A stretch of 64,000 nt of DNA, taken from NCBI RefSeq assembly GCF_009914755.1, contig NC_060925.1; one strand, 5' to 3'. The DNA is from the human T2T-CHM13v2.0 reference genome, Homo sapiens. Below, piece after piece: positions 26,810 to 41,600 of the stretch (its first letter is position 1; each line of letters opens with the position of its first letter). A model generated the notes under the pieces. The model ran no database searches. It was given only the letters and a program-made list of their open reading frames with translations, and had not been told where the DNA came from. The position numbers and the translations under genes are program-made.

Positions 26810-27060
26810 AAGACAGCATGAGCTCATGAAAAGAGGTCAGGGCTAAAGGTGAAAAGACATTGGTTCTAGTTCTAGCCAGCTATAACTTTGCCAGATCAAG
26901 TAAGTTCCTTAGCTTACTATTTTTCTCATCAGTAAAATGGGGATGACAGGCCTGTTCTCCTACATCACAGGGCTGATGGCAAAATAAAAGAATAAAATAC
27001 ATATGAAAGTATTTGGAAATGTTTAATACTTTTTTAAAATGTAAGACATCATTATTGCAC
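26810..27060 (+). mobile_element. MIR SINE
   Basis: ggttctagttc...aagtaagttccttagctt...tttctcatcagtaaaatggggatga. Confidence 0.65.
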
Positions 27061-27108
27061 ATATTGTTTAAATACCTTATGCTTTACTTCTTTTTAAAAG
27101 GCATGTTA

Positions 27109-27484
<376 letters not shown>

Positions 27485-27539
27485 CTATTAAAAATAAAGA
27501 ATTTTAAAAACATATTTTTTATTTTATACACTACATATA

Positions 27540-27946
27540 TGATATGGTTTGGATGTTTGTCCCCTCCAAATCGCATGTTAAAATATGATTCCTAATGTTG
27601 GAGGTGTGGCCTGGTGGGAAGTGACTGGATTGGGGGGCGGATCCCTCGTGGATGGTTTAGCATCATCTCCTTGGTGACAAGTGAGTTCTCAACTCACATG
27701 AGATCTGGTTGTTTGAAAGTGTCTGGGACCTTCCGTTTTTCTCTCTTACTCCCACTCTCGCCTTGTGACATTGTCTGCTCTCCCTTCACCTTCCGCTGTG
27801 ACTATAAGTTTCCTAAGGCCCTCACAAGATGCAAATGCTGGAGCCATATCTGCATGGACTGCACAACTATGAGCCAATTAAACTTCTGCTCTTTATAAAT
27901 TACCCAGCCTCAGGTATTTATAGTGATGCAAAAAGTGACTAATACA
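27540..27946 (+). mobile_element. MaLR solo LTR (MSTB-like)
   Basis: TGatatggtttggatgtttgtcccc...aattacccagcctcaggtat...aataCA; 5-bp TSD ATATA (27535-27539, 27947-27951). Confidence 0.9.
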
Positions 27947-28464
27947 ATATAATATAGAAATGTTTATTTTGCTTCCTTAGTGAATAAAAATGGCTAACAT
28001 TTCCTTTAATGGTTTGGGAGTGAAATGGGATGTTCTGGATACAATAAGGTTATTTCTTTCTTTGTAGATATTTCTTTACTCCTGACAGTTTTTGTATAAT
28101 AAAATGATCTCAGCCTTGAACTACTATGAATTTCTTTACCTCTTCATATTTTTTCCATGATGACTTCCTTAGGTCTGTATCCATTCATATATAAATAACA
28201 CTACAAATGTTTACAGAGCACATTCTAACATGCCAGACATTATGCTATGGAAATAAATATAAAATAATGATGCAAAACCTACCACAATGAGACTGTTTTC
28301 TGTCATCATAGAAGTGAAAGCAACTGCAGTAAGCAAGTATATTCAGGCTACATTTGAATTAAATTCAAAGCTACTAAGAGAGTGTAAAAATGCTAAGTGT
28401 TTTATATATTTCATTCTACTTTTAGGCAAGCATGCTTAACAGAATGATGGAAATGCCTACTTAC

Positions 28465-28509
28465 TTGTGCACCTTTAGGACCTGGATTACCTTCTGGTCC
28501 AGCTAAACC
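28465..28509 (-). CDS. COL24A1: Collagen exon, 45 bp, GLAGPEGNPGPKGAQ
   Basis: Acceptor ttttgtttacaccag|GGT, donor CAA|gtaagt; 5 triplets. Confidence 0.96.
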
Positions 28510-29654
28510 CTGGTGTAAACAAAAGACATTGTCATCATACTACAGTACTTTTTAAAGAGTTAATAAATAGATTAATAAAAAGGCCATATAAAGAGCTATC
28601 ATTTTCAAAACTATAGAATTCAGAACTCTGTATAACTAATGAAGATTACCAATGTTCAAGGAATTTTAGAATTTCTGAATCAAAAGAGGCACTGGAAATA
28701 ATCTATACACAATATATTTTAGATATATAAATAAAGTACATTAACACATTGTCAGATTTTTAAAATTTTTTTCATTACATTATTTCTCATTGGAAGACTG
28801 TGTTGTTTTAAAACATTTCTAATTAACTTATTCTAAAAGATAGGCCCATAAATTTTTTTTAAAATTTATTTTAAACTTTAGATCAATGTCCATATATTTA
28901 CATATTCATGTTTTATATTTATTATATAACATATATTATCACTTGAGAGTAAGAGTCTAATATAGAGTACCTCTAAGTGTTTTTAAAGTCCTAAAAAATG
29001 GAATTTTGTTAACAATTTTTTTCTTATTTCCCTCATTCTTGAGAATAAAAAAGATAAATGTAACTTTATACATTTAATTAATTTTAGAAGTAATCAATTC
29101 ATGAAAACTTATGAAAGAAAGCTTGTTCTATTATTAATCTACATGAAGTACAGAAAGTTAGAAATTATAAGGGAATACATTTAAAATGATTAGAATGCAT
29201 TTTAAAAATAGTATACAAATAACTGAATTCAGTTCAGATAAAAGTGTTTGGTAGTGGTATACTGTTTCTCAAATTTTTATAACTGTGTTATTAAAAAATG
29301 ATGTTTATTACAGAGAGTCTTAACTCTTACTATTACTTCATTTTGTTCAGTGACAGTATTGTAAAATCACAATCAGGACTGTTTTAAGAACTTATTAACA
29401 CTTGTGCATTTTAATTTTGAAGGTTCCATTGTACATCACATCAAACATATTTAAAATCCCCCTTCCAATTTTAAATAAAACTTTCTGAAGAAAAATTGTA
29501 ATGGATTTCTACAACTTTGATTTTGAAATTATTTCTCTATGAGTTATTCATTATTTAATAAAAAAACTATTTGAACATTAATTCTCAAAATCAGAAATAC
29601 AATGTATTAATAAATAGGAACACAAAGAGAAAAGTCTAAATATAGTTACTGCAC

Positions 29655-29708
29655 CTGCCTGCCAGGGTAACCGGGTGAACCAATATTACCAGCAAATCCT
29701 GGAATTCC
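29655..29708 (-). CDS. COL24A1: Collagen exon, 54 bp, GIPGFAGNIGSPGYPGRQ
   Basis: Acceptor ttattatttcag|GGA, donor CAG|gtgcag; 6 triplets. Confidence 0.96.
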
Positions 29709-30245
29709 CTGAAATAATAAATAAAATGAACAGTATAGCAAAGCCAAAGGAAATAAATTTGGTATATTTACAATACACAAGCTTGGAAATAATTTTTCCC
29801 CATAAAAATACGGAGTCCTACACATGGCTTATGTAACTGAAATCACCTACGTGAAGGAAAATGGACAAAAATTGCTAAATAAAATCAGTAAACTATTAGA
29901 TTAGGGCCCTAAATGATATATGATCATTAATAATCATAAATCTAGGATGGAAAAATCCATACTAAAACAGACATTTATTCTAGAGGAAGAGCTGGTATAT
30001 TTCTTAATTACCAGTAACTTTTTTACCAGTAGATTGAATTCTTTCTTGTTTCGATCATCCTACAACACTCCTTAACAGTCTGAGCATGAGCCCCAGAAGA
30101 CTAAGAGGGGCAGTAAACCACAAAACCAACCTCTACTTCTTTCCTAAAGTAAACTTAACCTTACAGTGAGTCTGATTAAGTAAATGAATATTAAGTGGCA
30201 AATACCGTTATCATGACATGGGTCTGATCCAGTAAATTTGAATGG

Positions 30246-30573
30246 TGCTGTGGACTGAATGTTTGTGTGCCTCAAAATTCATGTTAAAATCCTAACCCTG
30301 CTGATAATGCCTAACAGCATTAGGAGGTGGCTCTTTGGAAGGTAATTAGGTTGGAGCCCTCATGAATGGGATAAATGACCTTATAAAGAGGCCATGTGAG
30401 AATACAATAAAAAGTCAGCAGTCTGTAATCCAAAAGATAGCCCCCACCAGAACCTAACCGGGCTGGCATGCTGATCTCAGACTTTCAGCCTCCAGAATTG
30501 CGAGAAATTTCTGTTGTTTATAAGCCACCCAGTCTATGGTCTTTTGTTATAGCAGCCCAAACTGACTTAGACA
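30246..30573 (+). mobile_element. MaLR solo LTR (MLT1A-like)
   Basis: TGctgtggactgaatgtttgtg...taagccacccagtctatggtcttttgttatagcagccc...aCA; flanks aatgg/gatgg. Confidence 0.85.
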
Positions 30574-31449
30574 GATGGTAAACTCCTTTGGAATTTGCAA
30601 TCTGTATTCTTGATTTAAAACAAGGTTTGCTCAGGGAAGGCTGATAGATGGAGACCCAAAGGCTTAAGAAAGGAAAACTGCTACAGAACTGGGTGAAAAA
30701 GTGAGACAAAATATTATAACTTTTTTTTTTAAAAAGACTCTTTTTCATTGATACATCATTCATTCCTTCATTTACTCATCAGTTTATTCAGAGTTTGGGT
30801 CTATTAAATAATTCTTGACACAAGGAAATGTCAGAAGAAAGTGTGTTGAGCTGATGACAACAATGTTTAAGTTGGCTAGATTTCTTATTTATCACCTAAA
30901 ATTTCTTTCCTGTTTGTTTATAAATGATATAATGGAAGATAATTGCACTTTGTCCTTCTGCTCTGAAGTAGATAGAAGAGTGTTACCTTCACTTTAAGTA
31001 CAGATATGCTAAAACTTCTAAAAATTTGGAAAATCTAGAGAAAGAACAGACCAAGGAAATGAAAAATAGAGGATAATAGTTGAGTTTCTTCTCTCTACTT
31101 TTTTCAGAATTCATCTCTCACTTTTTTCCCTCTCATTTCTATCTCTCATTTCCTCTTCCCTTCCCTTGATCAAAATTAACATTTACTGAGCACTTTTTAT
31201 TTGCTAAGCGTTTTACATCTATGAGATACACTTTTCTTCATTCTACATTTAAAGAACCTAAGATACACAGAAGTATGACAATGGACAACTGAAGAGAATG
31301 TGAATAAACAATGGCCTTCTGAGGATTACAGAAGAAATTCTTGTCTATATGTAGAGAGATTATATCCTATGAATTTCAGAAACCATATGTATGTATTAAA
31401 TGTTCCCCTATTGATATTAAATATTATATATTTACATAATATTTTATTC

Positions 31450-31680
31450 CTATAACATTTATTGAGCATTTATCATGGGCCAGGCACTATTTCAAGTATT
31501 TTATAGATATTATCTTATTCAATCTACTCAAAAACCCTATAAGATAGATATCTTTATTCCCATATGAGAGATGAGAAAAAATGAGACATAAGGTGTTTAT
31601 GTCACCAATGGGAGGATACTTAGCTAATAAGTAGGAAGTCAGGAATTAAATCAGCAAGTCTAATTCCAGAGACCACCATT
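31450..31680 (-). mobile_element. MIR SINE
   Basis: aacatttattgagcatttatcatgggccaggcact...gatgagaaaaaatgagacat. Confidence 0.7.
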
Positions 31681-33884
31681 CAAAGGCCCGTCTCCCTAGT
31701 GTGAGTTTGAAGTGCAAAAAACATCCAATAGCACTCCAAGGAAAGTCCTCTAATTATGAGATTTGCTCTAGTATATTTACAACCACCTTCCTATATGCCC
31801 CATCCAATTCCAAAACACATAGGCCCACATTCTAGAGATTCACAAAACCTTATATTTAGGTATGCCAACAGAAAGGAGTAAGACAAATGTAAAAGGCTGT
31901 TTTTATTCTGTAGGCCACTATCTATCTGGCTAATGAAAACCACCATCCCTTTTCCATTCCTTTCCTAGTCAAATTAAGTTAACTAACCTCGATAAAAAGT
32001 CAATCTGTTATAGAACATAAGTGAAATCCTATTTCGAATGGATTGTCACAGAGGGTGTTAAAGCAACATGTAGAGATCTAGCTAACACATTTTAGCTATG
32101 CAGAGAAAGACACAAAAGAATTCCACTCAATGTCTAAGTTCTGCTATACTAGAACAGCAGTAAACAAAATAAACAAGTAAGACTTCAGCATAATCTTTAT
32201 ATGGCATAAACGTATTCTGAGCCAACCACACCCTAGAATCACTGAGACAACCACAGAAACTCAAAAGAAACTCAAAACAAATATCATGACTTAATTCACT
32301 CTGCATTTAAAGATAGATTTTTTTAAAAAGTTGGCTCACTCAGATCTGCAGATTGGATGGAGTAATAGAGATACAGTTATATTAACAGCCCCTTGAGAAA
32401 ACAGGAACAGAAAATTAGGAAGCCTGCCCTAATCTCACTTAAAATACACATTCTGAGTCAGTTAGACTTCATTCAGAATTCCGGCACTGCTCCAGCACTG
32501 CTACTATAGTTTCTCTGTTTTTTCATTAGTAAAATAGAATAACAGCACTCATTTTGTGGATAAAATAGAACAATGCGTAGAAATATATTTAAAAGTGGAA
32601 GTAACTGTAATAACTCTTAGTATTGGTGACATTAAGTTAATTAACATATGTAAAACTGAATAATTATACTACTAGAAGTTGTAGTTAATAGTAATATAGT
32701 TTGGCAAATAATAAGGGCTGTAAGTAAATGACAGCTCTTGTTACTAGAGCTCACATAAATAATATAATTGCCTTTCCAAATGTTTGCTGAACAATTTGAA
32801 GATATTTACAAATTTTCAAGACAAATGTCTTCCAGCAAGTCAGCTATGCTCCTCTGAATGTCCACAGTATTTTCACAATTAAAATGCAAAATTATTTTAG
32901 CTGTTTCTCATAGTTAACACAAATTTTGCCTGTTTTTTTTTTTCTGGAAACAAATAGAATAGAAAGGAAGAACTGACTACAATATACATTTTCTAACCTT
33001 TAAAATTGGTTTTAGACTGTTCTAAAAAGTATATTACCCTCAGAGATAATATATACACCACCAGTACTAGTTTATGGAGCAGTTTTGAGTGAACTCGTCA
33101 GTAATGACACATGGCCAATTTTTCACTTGTGAAGTTTCAGGTTTCCTCCATTGGAATCCACGTTTCTGCCAAAGCAGTAACCTACAATTTTTTTCTCCCC
33201 AGGGACTAATCCCACTCACCCTTCTCATCTTTTTCTCCCATAAATGCTCAAATGCTTTTCAGTACATGTTTGATTTGCAGGAAACTGATATTACATGTGT
33301 TAGAGATACATATATCACTTCGCTTGCCATGTCTAGTAATTAGCAATCTTGAAAAGTTGTGCTTCAGGGACTGAACAGAGTGTACTGTCTAACTTAACAC
33401 GAATGAAAGGGAAAATTGGCTTTGTTTCTTCATTTATAGCTTTCCCTCAGGTACCAACCATCACATTTCTTCCTGGATCTCCCTTTAGGGTTTCCTGAGT
33501 CTCTGTGCTGATTCTTTAATAACGGTATCCATCACCTTAGTCAGTTTCTAATATCTTACCCTTTTCACTGTTATATTCATATTATATTTTCAATATAGTA
33601 CACACCATAAGACATATGACTTTATTTTTTTCTGTGACATAATGATATATTATTTTCTGATGAGAGAAAAGCAATAACATGATCAAAAACTAAATAGTTC
33701 CAAAACTATTTTGACTTTTAAATATTGTGTATGTGTATTATGGACAATGATATATGTACCATTCTAATTTGGACTGTTATTGAAATTTATTTGCTTTTCC
33801 TCAGGAAAAGGTCAGGGAACAAACAGCTATGGATTAGGCTTTAGTGAACTGGTAAGTTCCTGACATTGTACAAAAAAAATTAAG

Positions 33885-33930
33885 TCTCTCTCTCTGTGTG
33901 TGTGTGTGTGTGTGTGTTTGTATGTGTATG
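33885..33930. repeat. Compound (TC)n(TG)n microsatellite
   Basis: tctctctctctc followed by about 11 TG units, roughly 320 bp downstream (transcript sense) of the 34250 exon. Confidence 0.9.
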
Positions 33931-34249
33931 GATATGTATATTTTCTGGGAAAGGATTCATAGTATTTATGAGACTCTCAAAGGGGTCTGTGAACTACAGA
34001 AGTTTAAGAGCTACTAGTCTGAAACATATGGGGCAAAAGTAAAAAATGATTAACAGTGAAATATTATGTTATAGTTTTTTAAATAAAAAGATCTACAGCT
34101 AATCAATTAAAAGGTTGTCCTGCACTAAACAGAGTAAAAAATCACTGAGAAGAAAAATTGAAAAAATGGGGGAAAATAATCTCTCAAAGGAGTTCTCTAA
34201 CATGTGTCTTTTTCACACATGATACAAGTCTTATAAAGGAAGTACCTAC

Positions 34250-34294
34250 TTGTTCACCTGGAAGTCCTGGGAGTCCAGGATGTCCTTTGAGACC
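34250..34294 (-). CDS. COL24A1: Collagen exon, 45 bp, GLKGHPGLPGLPGEQ
   Basis: Acceptor ttcttttacag|GGT, donor CAA|gtaggt; 5 triplets. Confidence 0.96.
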
Positions 34295-36185
34295 CTGTAA
34301 AAGAATAAGTGGAGACATGCTATGAAAAGTAAACTCATATAAGCCAAATAACGAAACATAGGTTGCAAGTTGCCTTATATCCCAACTTTTGGTTGCCTCA
34401 TCAATACAAATTTAATTGTTACTAATTTATTTCTTATTAAATTTAATCTTCTTTATTTAATAAGAATTACTTTTTTATTAAATAAAAAATTAATTCTTAT
34501 TAATAATTTAATCTTGCATGTTATTTTAATGACTTGTTATTATCAACTAAAATGGTAGCATAGTACTGAATAGAGACTAAAGCACAGTATCTTTTATAAA
34601 AGGCTCATATCTAGCAATGGATATGTTAAGTTTGCTGAAGCTTTTAAAAAGTTAGTTTTAGTTGAATAGTGCTAAGACAAATGGCCTCAGACATAATCTG
34701 TTTGTAATTATTGAAAAACTGGATCATATCCAGGCAGTTCCTCTAACCCAAATCATTGTCATAACACCCCATGAATGAGGTAACTCAAAAAATCATGAGG
34801 CTGCTTACAGGTTCATCAAAAGGGGTTCTATAAAGTTGTCTAGGGAATTAGTAACAAAGAATATTTTCCAAATAATAGAAGCAAAAGAAAATCTTAATCT
34901 CTATAAATTAACACCCAAAGCTATAAAACAGACAATATCCTTCTTCCTCAAGAAAGATATAGGAGCAAAATGAAGGAAACTAAAAGAAAGGATGGCAAGA
35001 ATGAAATAAAGAAAAATTTTGGAGCTTATTTGTACAGTTCTACATAAAAATCAGTGGTTTGATCTACTGTTTACCAAAGGATTTTGGTGCATATAAAGAA
35101 CAAAAGAAATTCCTTTTCTTAAGGACTTAAAATATAATTCAAAAGCCTGAAATAAATCATAGTTTATGAATATCAAAAATTTCCAATTAATATACTGCAA
35201 ACTAAAGACAAATTTCCTGGGTTTCAGAATATAGCCTAATGGAGTGAAAGAATTACTCAGTATTAATCACTGAGGGTTTATCAGAAGAGATGAATTCGGA
35301 TTAATGGATTAGAGAAGGGAATGACGCTTTGGTTGAAAAACGTCATTTAGAAGAGGTGCCTATTTGAAAACTAAAGGAATGATTTCAACAGCTTTTGCGA
35401 TGTTAAACTTAAAACAGTTTAACTGTTTTTACATTTTTAAAGGGAGTTCAAGATTAGCCTAATTACATAACATATTACATATTGTGCTCAGTTGCCCAAA
35501 TGTTTACACAAAATTCCACAAGTAAAAATATCCACAAAGCTAAGTTTTTTCACTTTTTACAACAGGAGATAAGAAACATCCTCAGCGCTAAGACAGTGGT
35601 GGTGGCTCCCTGGGATGAGGCAGCAGCTCTAGGAGGGTGTGAGCTGGAAGTTTCCTGGAGGATGACAAATAAAGAGCCAGGGTAGGAGGCTCATAGGTTA
35701 CAGAGACTCTGCCATGAGCCTATTTCCTTTTCCTATTTTTTTAAAGTGTGTGTTTATTTATTTACTTATTTTAAATTCTGTGAATCCTTGAGCCTAGCTA
35801 CATGCTTGATTTTCTTTGGCCAACACCTGTTTTTCAGATCAGAGTTAGTTTCCTCCCTAGCCTATAATGAAACAAAATGCAATCGTGGCACAATTTTATT
35901 TTAGCTTATTTTCCCCAAATCACTCCATAATAGTGAACTATGTGTATATATGTTAATCATGGTATCTTTTTTATGCACACTTCTCTTTAAAGGGATTCTT
36001 CTTCATTCAGAGACCCTGACAAGGTGGCAGCACCATGCAGTCATGATCTGTTTTTTATGAACTTACTCCTTCCCCACCTCAGCCCCAGGACTTGACAGTT
36101 AATCTAAGGGAGGACAATATAAGTCAGGCCAGTAGCCTATAAAATGACTTGGAATAAAGAGTTTTATTTAAATAAAAACAAGCTG

Positions 36186-36306
36186 GGCCAGGCAAATGGC
36201 ATTCCTGTAGTCCAGCTACTCAAGATGCTGAGGTGGGAGGGTTGCTTGAGCCCAGGAGCTAAAGTCCAGTCTGAGCAATATAGCAACCTCTAAAAAAAAA
36301 AAAAAA
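36186..36306 (+). mobile_element. FLAM (free left Alu monomer)
   Basis: cctgtagtccagctact...gcttgagcccaggag...gcaatatagca, A tail then (GA)n; flanking direct repeat acaagctgggcca. Confidence 0.85.
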
Positions 36307-36749
36307 GAGAGAGAGACAAGCTGGGCCAATAAAAATCTCTTTTTTAAAAAAATGAAGTTGATTAAAACAACAACAATAGAAAAATGCAAGTACTTAACAG
36401 TGGGGGTAGGAGGGAGCTGGAAAGATTCACAAAGAAAGACTAAGAGGAAGAGTAGGGTCGCTGAGATGCTACAGGAAGCCAAAGTATACACAAAAATTAA
36501 AATTGAAATTATGTTAAGACAGTTGTCAGAGGACAAGATAACACAAAAAAGCAGATGCAGAGAAAGTAGATAAGCACTGGTAGAAAAGTACAACAAAAGA
36601 TTCACAAACTAATGCTGCTAAGATAAGCTGCTTTGAATCAGTGTGTATGTCAGACCAAGTCATATTACAGTACCTAGTTTTAGATTCCATGGGATCCCTG
36701 TTTCCTTATTGCTGCAGACAGGATTGAAATAACTCACTCTTTTCCTTGA

Positions 36750-37075
<326 letters not shown>

Positions 37076-37383
37076 AAAATATCCTAAGTCCCCTTTCTAC
37101 GCAATCCGAAGAGCCTAAGTAAAGCAATTTTTGTTTGTTTGCTTTACTGATAATAACAATGAACAGATCAAGCCATCTTGATCTGTTCTAGATCCAGTTT
37201 TACCACAAACTAGCCATATTGTGAACCTCAATGTCTTATTTTGTAAAATGACAGCATTCAATTAAATTATTGCTAATTTTTTATTGCTTAAATCCTGTGA
37301 ATACTGGAATCTATCAGAAAGTAACTACTTTTTTCAATGTAGCTGTCACTGAATAAAAAACAAAGCAGATATGAGTTACTTCA

Positions 37384-37730
<347 letters not shown>

Positions 37731-37944
37731 TCACGTAAGGTCAGTGGACATATCAGGCTCCCACGGGGCACTTCTTTAATGCTCTAAAACAAAGATGGGA
37801 CTCTGGAGTGGGCAAAATGGAAGAGAGTGGGTTGGGTAGGAGGCTAGTATGACAGTCTAGGTCAAAGATAATTATAAGTTAGCCTAGGATAGTAGAGTAA
37901 AAATGATACCTAAGCCCTTGAAAAAGCTTAAGCTTAATTTAAGT

Positions 37945-38052
37945 TACTGTACTCACTGTGGTGTCCCCAGTGCCTGGTACATAGTTGTTGCTTATTAATT
38001 AACTGGTGGACAGACATGGATGGATGAATGAATGAATGGATGAGTGAATGAA
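37945..38052 (+). mobile_element. L2 3' end
   Basis: tccccagtgcctggtacatag...(gaat)n tail. Confidence 0.7.
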
Positions 38053-38604
38053 AAGACTTGGATGAATTTAAGAATCACTTAGGTAGAAAATAGATTCTAT
38101 GTATTTAATATGGTAACTCTATTATCCGAATGTTGAAATGAAAGGTGATAAATAGAATAAAGACTTCCTTTTTGTTATTTTAAAATATATATTTGTAATA
38201 TACTGAAGTTATCTCCACTATTATATAAAGACTTTCATTTATTCCCATATGCCTCATTTATTTTCTACTTAAAAACTAGTCTGTAAAGTTTTTAAAAGCA
38301 AAGGGGATACATTCCTTGGAAAACTGCCTACATGCAAGCTTTGGCATAGCTCCAATCTAGGGATTTTATTTTAAAAACTAGTATTTGAGTCATTATTTTC
38401 TATACTCATACAGGAAGAATAACAAAAAAGTTTCCATAACTAGCATATGATTTTTCTCTGATTAGCATTCTGAAAACTGAATACATTCCTTAAGGAATGA
38501 CAATAGGAAAATTTACAAATTGTTTCAATTCAGATTTAAAACACATTACAATGAATTACAGAATTGTCTTTAATTTTTGTTGTAATATAAAATCAGTTTA
38601 CAAA

Positions 38605-41600
38605 GGAGGGCAGAGCAAGATGGCAAAATAGAAGCTTACGCTATTCGTCCCCTCTCCAACACTGGAACATCAAATTTTAACAACTATCCACACACAGAAA
38701 ACCACAGTCACAAGAAGCAAAAATCAGGTGAGCAAGAGCAATCACAGTACCTGGTTTTAACTTCATATTGTGGAAAGAGGCACTGAGGAGGACAAGAGAT
38801 ACAGTCTTAAATAGTGAATGCCACCCCTCCCCCATCTCCCCTGGCAGCAGCCCTGCAGTGTGGAGAGAGAATCTGTGCACTCTAGGAAGGGAAAGCCCAG
38901 TGACTGGGAAACTTTACATTGAACTCAGTGCTTCCCTGGCACAGCGGGAGGATTTGGACCAGCCCTAGCCAGAAGGGAATCGCACATCCTCAAGGAACTT
39001 GAGTTTCTTGGCAAGCCTTACCACCATGGGCTGAAGTACTCTGGGGTCCTAGGTAAACTTCAAAGGCTGTCTAGGACACGACAACTGCAAATCCTAGGCT
39101 ATTCCTAGTGCTAGGCTGGGCTTACAGCCAGTGAACTAGGGTGGAATGTGAACTAAGGAGACAACAGCTGGCATGGCTAATGGAGTGTGAGCACCATTCC
39201 TTCCCCAAGCCCAGGCAGTGCAGCTCATAACAAGGAAAGTGACTCTTCCCTTCTGCATAAGGAGAGAAGAGTGAAGAGTAAAGAGGACTTTGTTTGGCAT
39301 CTTGGATACCAGCTCAGCCACAGTGTAATAGAGCACCAAGCAGAGACGTGAGGCCCCCATTTGAGGCCCTAGCTCTGGGATAACATTTCTAGATGCACTC
39401 TGGGTCAAAAGGGAACTTCCTGCTTTGAAGGGAAGGGTCTAGTACTGGCAGGATTCATCACCTGTTGACCAAAGAGCCCTTGGGCCCTGAATAACCACCA
39501 ATGATACCCAGTGAGTGTGCTGTGGGCCTTGGGCTCTGAAACATGCTGGCCTTCAGGGGTGGTCCAGTACATTCCAGCTGTGGTGGTCACAGTGAAAGAC
39601 TCCTTTTGTTTGAGAAAAGCAAAGGGAAAAAGAGACGGGATTTTGTCTTGCACCCTATGTACCAGCTTGGCCACAGTAGGGTAGGGCAATTAGCAGGCTC
39701 TTGGGGTCCTTGAGACCAGGACTAGGATCTTACACAGCATTTCTGGACCATGCCTACTGTGCTGAAGGATGAGTCACAGTCCTGGCAGCATTCAACACAA
39801 GCTGATGGAAGAGAGCCCTTGGCCTTTAAGTAAACATTGGTGAAAGCCTAGCAGAAACCCCCATGGACTAGTGGTGGTGGCCACAGGGAAGGACTCATCT
39901 GCCTGGGGAAATTGCTGGAAAGAGTAGGAAGGACTCTGTATTATGGTTTGAATGGGAGTTTAGCCATAGTAGAGTAGAACAGCAGGTAAGTTGCTAATGT
40001 CTTTGACTTCAATCACTGGCTCCCACACAGCATCCTTGGACACACCCTGGGCCTGGGGAAAACTCATCACTATGAAGGGAAGGGCTTTGGGTGAGGCCCA
40101 GTAGCTCATGTCTGATCCAGCACAGTTCCAGTGGTGACGGCCACAGGGTGCCTGTATCTCCACACCCACAGTTCCAGCTGGCCCAGCAAAGAGAGAGAGA
40201 GAGAGAGAGAGGAGAGACTCCATTTGTTTAGAAGAAATTAAGAGAAAAGAACAAGAATCTCTGCTTGGTAATCCAGAGAATTCTTTCAGATTTTATGTAA
40301 GACCACCAAGGCAGTACCTCTACAAAAACCACAGCGATATTGGGCTTGGGGCCCAAGTCCCTTCAAACACTTGGAAAGCCTTCCCAAGAAGGACAGGCAC
40401 AAACAAGCCCAGACTATGAAGACTACAACAAATACCTAACTCTTCAATGCCCAAACACCAATGAACATCTACAAGTAACAACACCACCACAAAAACATGA
40501 TCTCACCAAATGAACTAAATAAGGCACGGGGCCAATTCTTGAGAAACAGAGAAATATGACCTTTCAAACAGAGAATTCAAAATAGCTGTTTTGAGGAAAC
40601 CCAAAGAAATTCAAGATAACACAAAGAAGGAATTCAGAATGCTGTCAGAAAAATTTAACAAAGAGATAGAAATAATTAAAAAGACTCAAGCAGAAATTCC
40701 ACAGTTGAAAAATACAACTGAATGCTGAAGAATGTATCAGAGTCCTTTAAAAGCAGAATTGATCAAGCAAATGAAAGACTTAGTGAGCTTGAAGACAGGC
40801 TATTTGACAAAACACAGTCAGAGGAGACAAAAGAAAACAGAATAAAAAACAATGAAGCACACCTACAAGATGGAAAACAGCCTCAAAAGGGAAAATCTGA
40901 GAGTTATTGGCCTTAAAGAGGAAGTAGAGAAAGAGATAGGGGTAGAAAGTTTATTGAAAGGGATAATATCAGAGAACTCCCCAAACCTAGAGAAAGATAT
41001 CAAGATTCAAGTACAAGAAGGTTATAGATCACCAAGCAGATTTAACCTAAAAAGACTACCTCAAGGTATTTAATAATCAAACCCTCAAATGTCAAAGATT
41101 AAAACATGATCCTAAAAGCAGTGAAAGAAAAGAAACAAATAACATACTATGGAGCGGAAATACATCTGGCAGCAGACTTCACAGTGGAAACCATACAGGC
41201 CAGGAGAGAGTGGCATGACATATTTAAAGTGCTGAAGGAAAAAAACTTTTACCCTAGAATGGTATATCCAGCAAAAATAGGCTTTAAGCATGAAGGAGAA
41301 ATAGACTTTCCTAGACAAACAAAAGTTAATGGATTCCATCAACACCAGACCTGTCCTACAAAAAATGCTAAAGGGAGTCATTCAATCAGAAAAAAAAAAG
41401 AATGTTACTGAGCAAGAAGAAACCATCTGAAGGTACAAAACTCACTGGAAATAGTAGGTACACAGAAAAACACAGGCTAATATAGCACTGTAATGGTGGT
41501 GTGTAAACTTCTCTTGAATTAAGTGGAAAGATTAAATGAAAAACCAATAAAAAATAATAACTACAACTTTACAAGACATAGACAGTATAAAAAGACAAAG

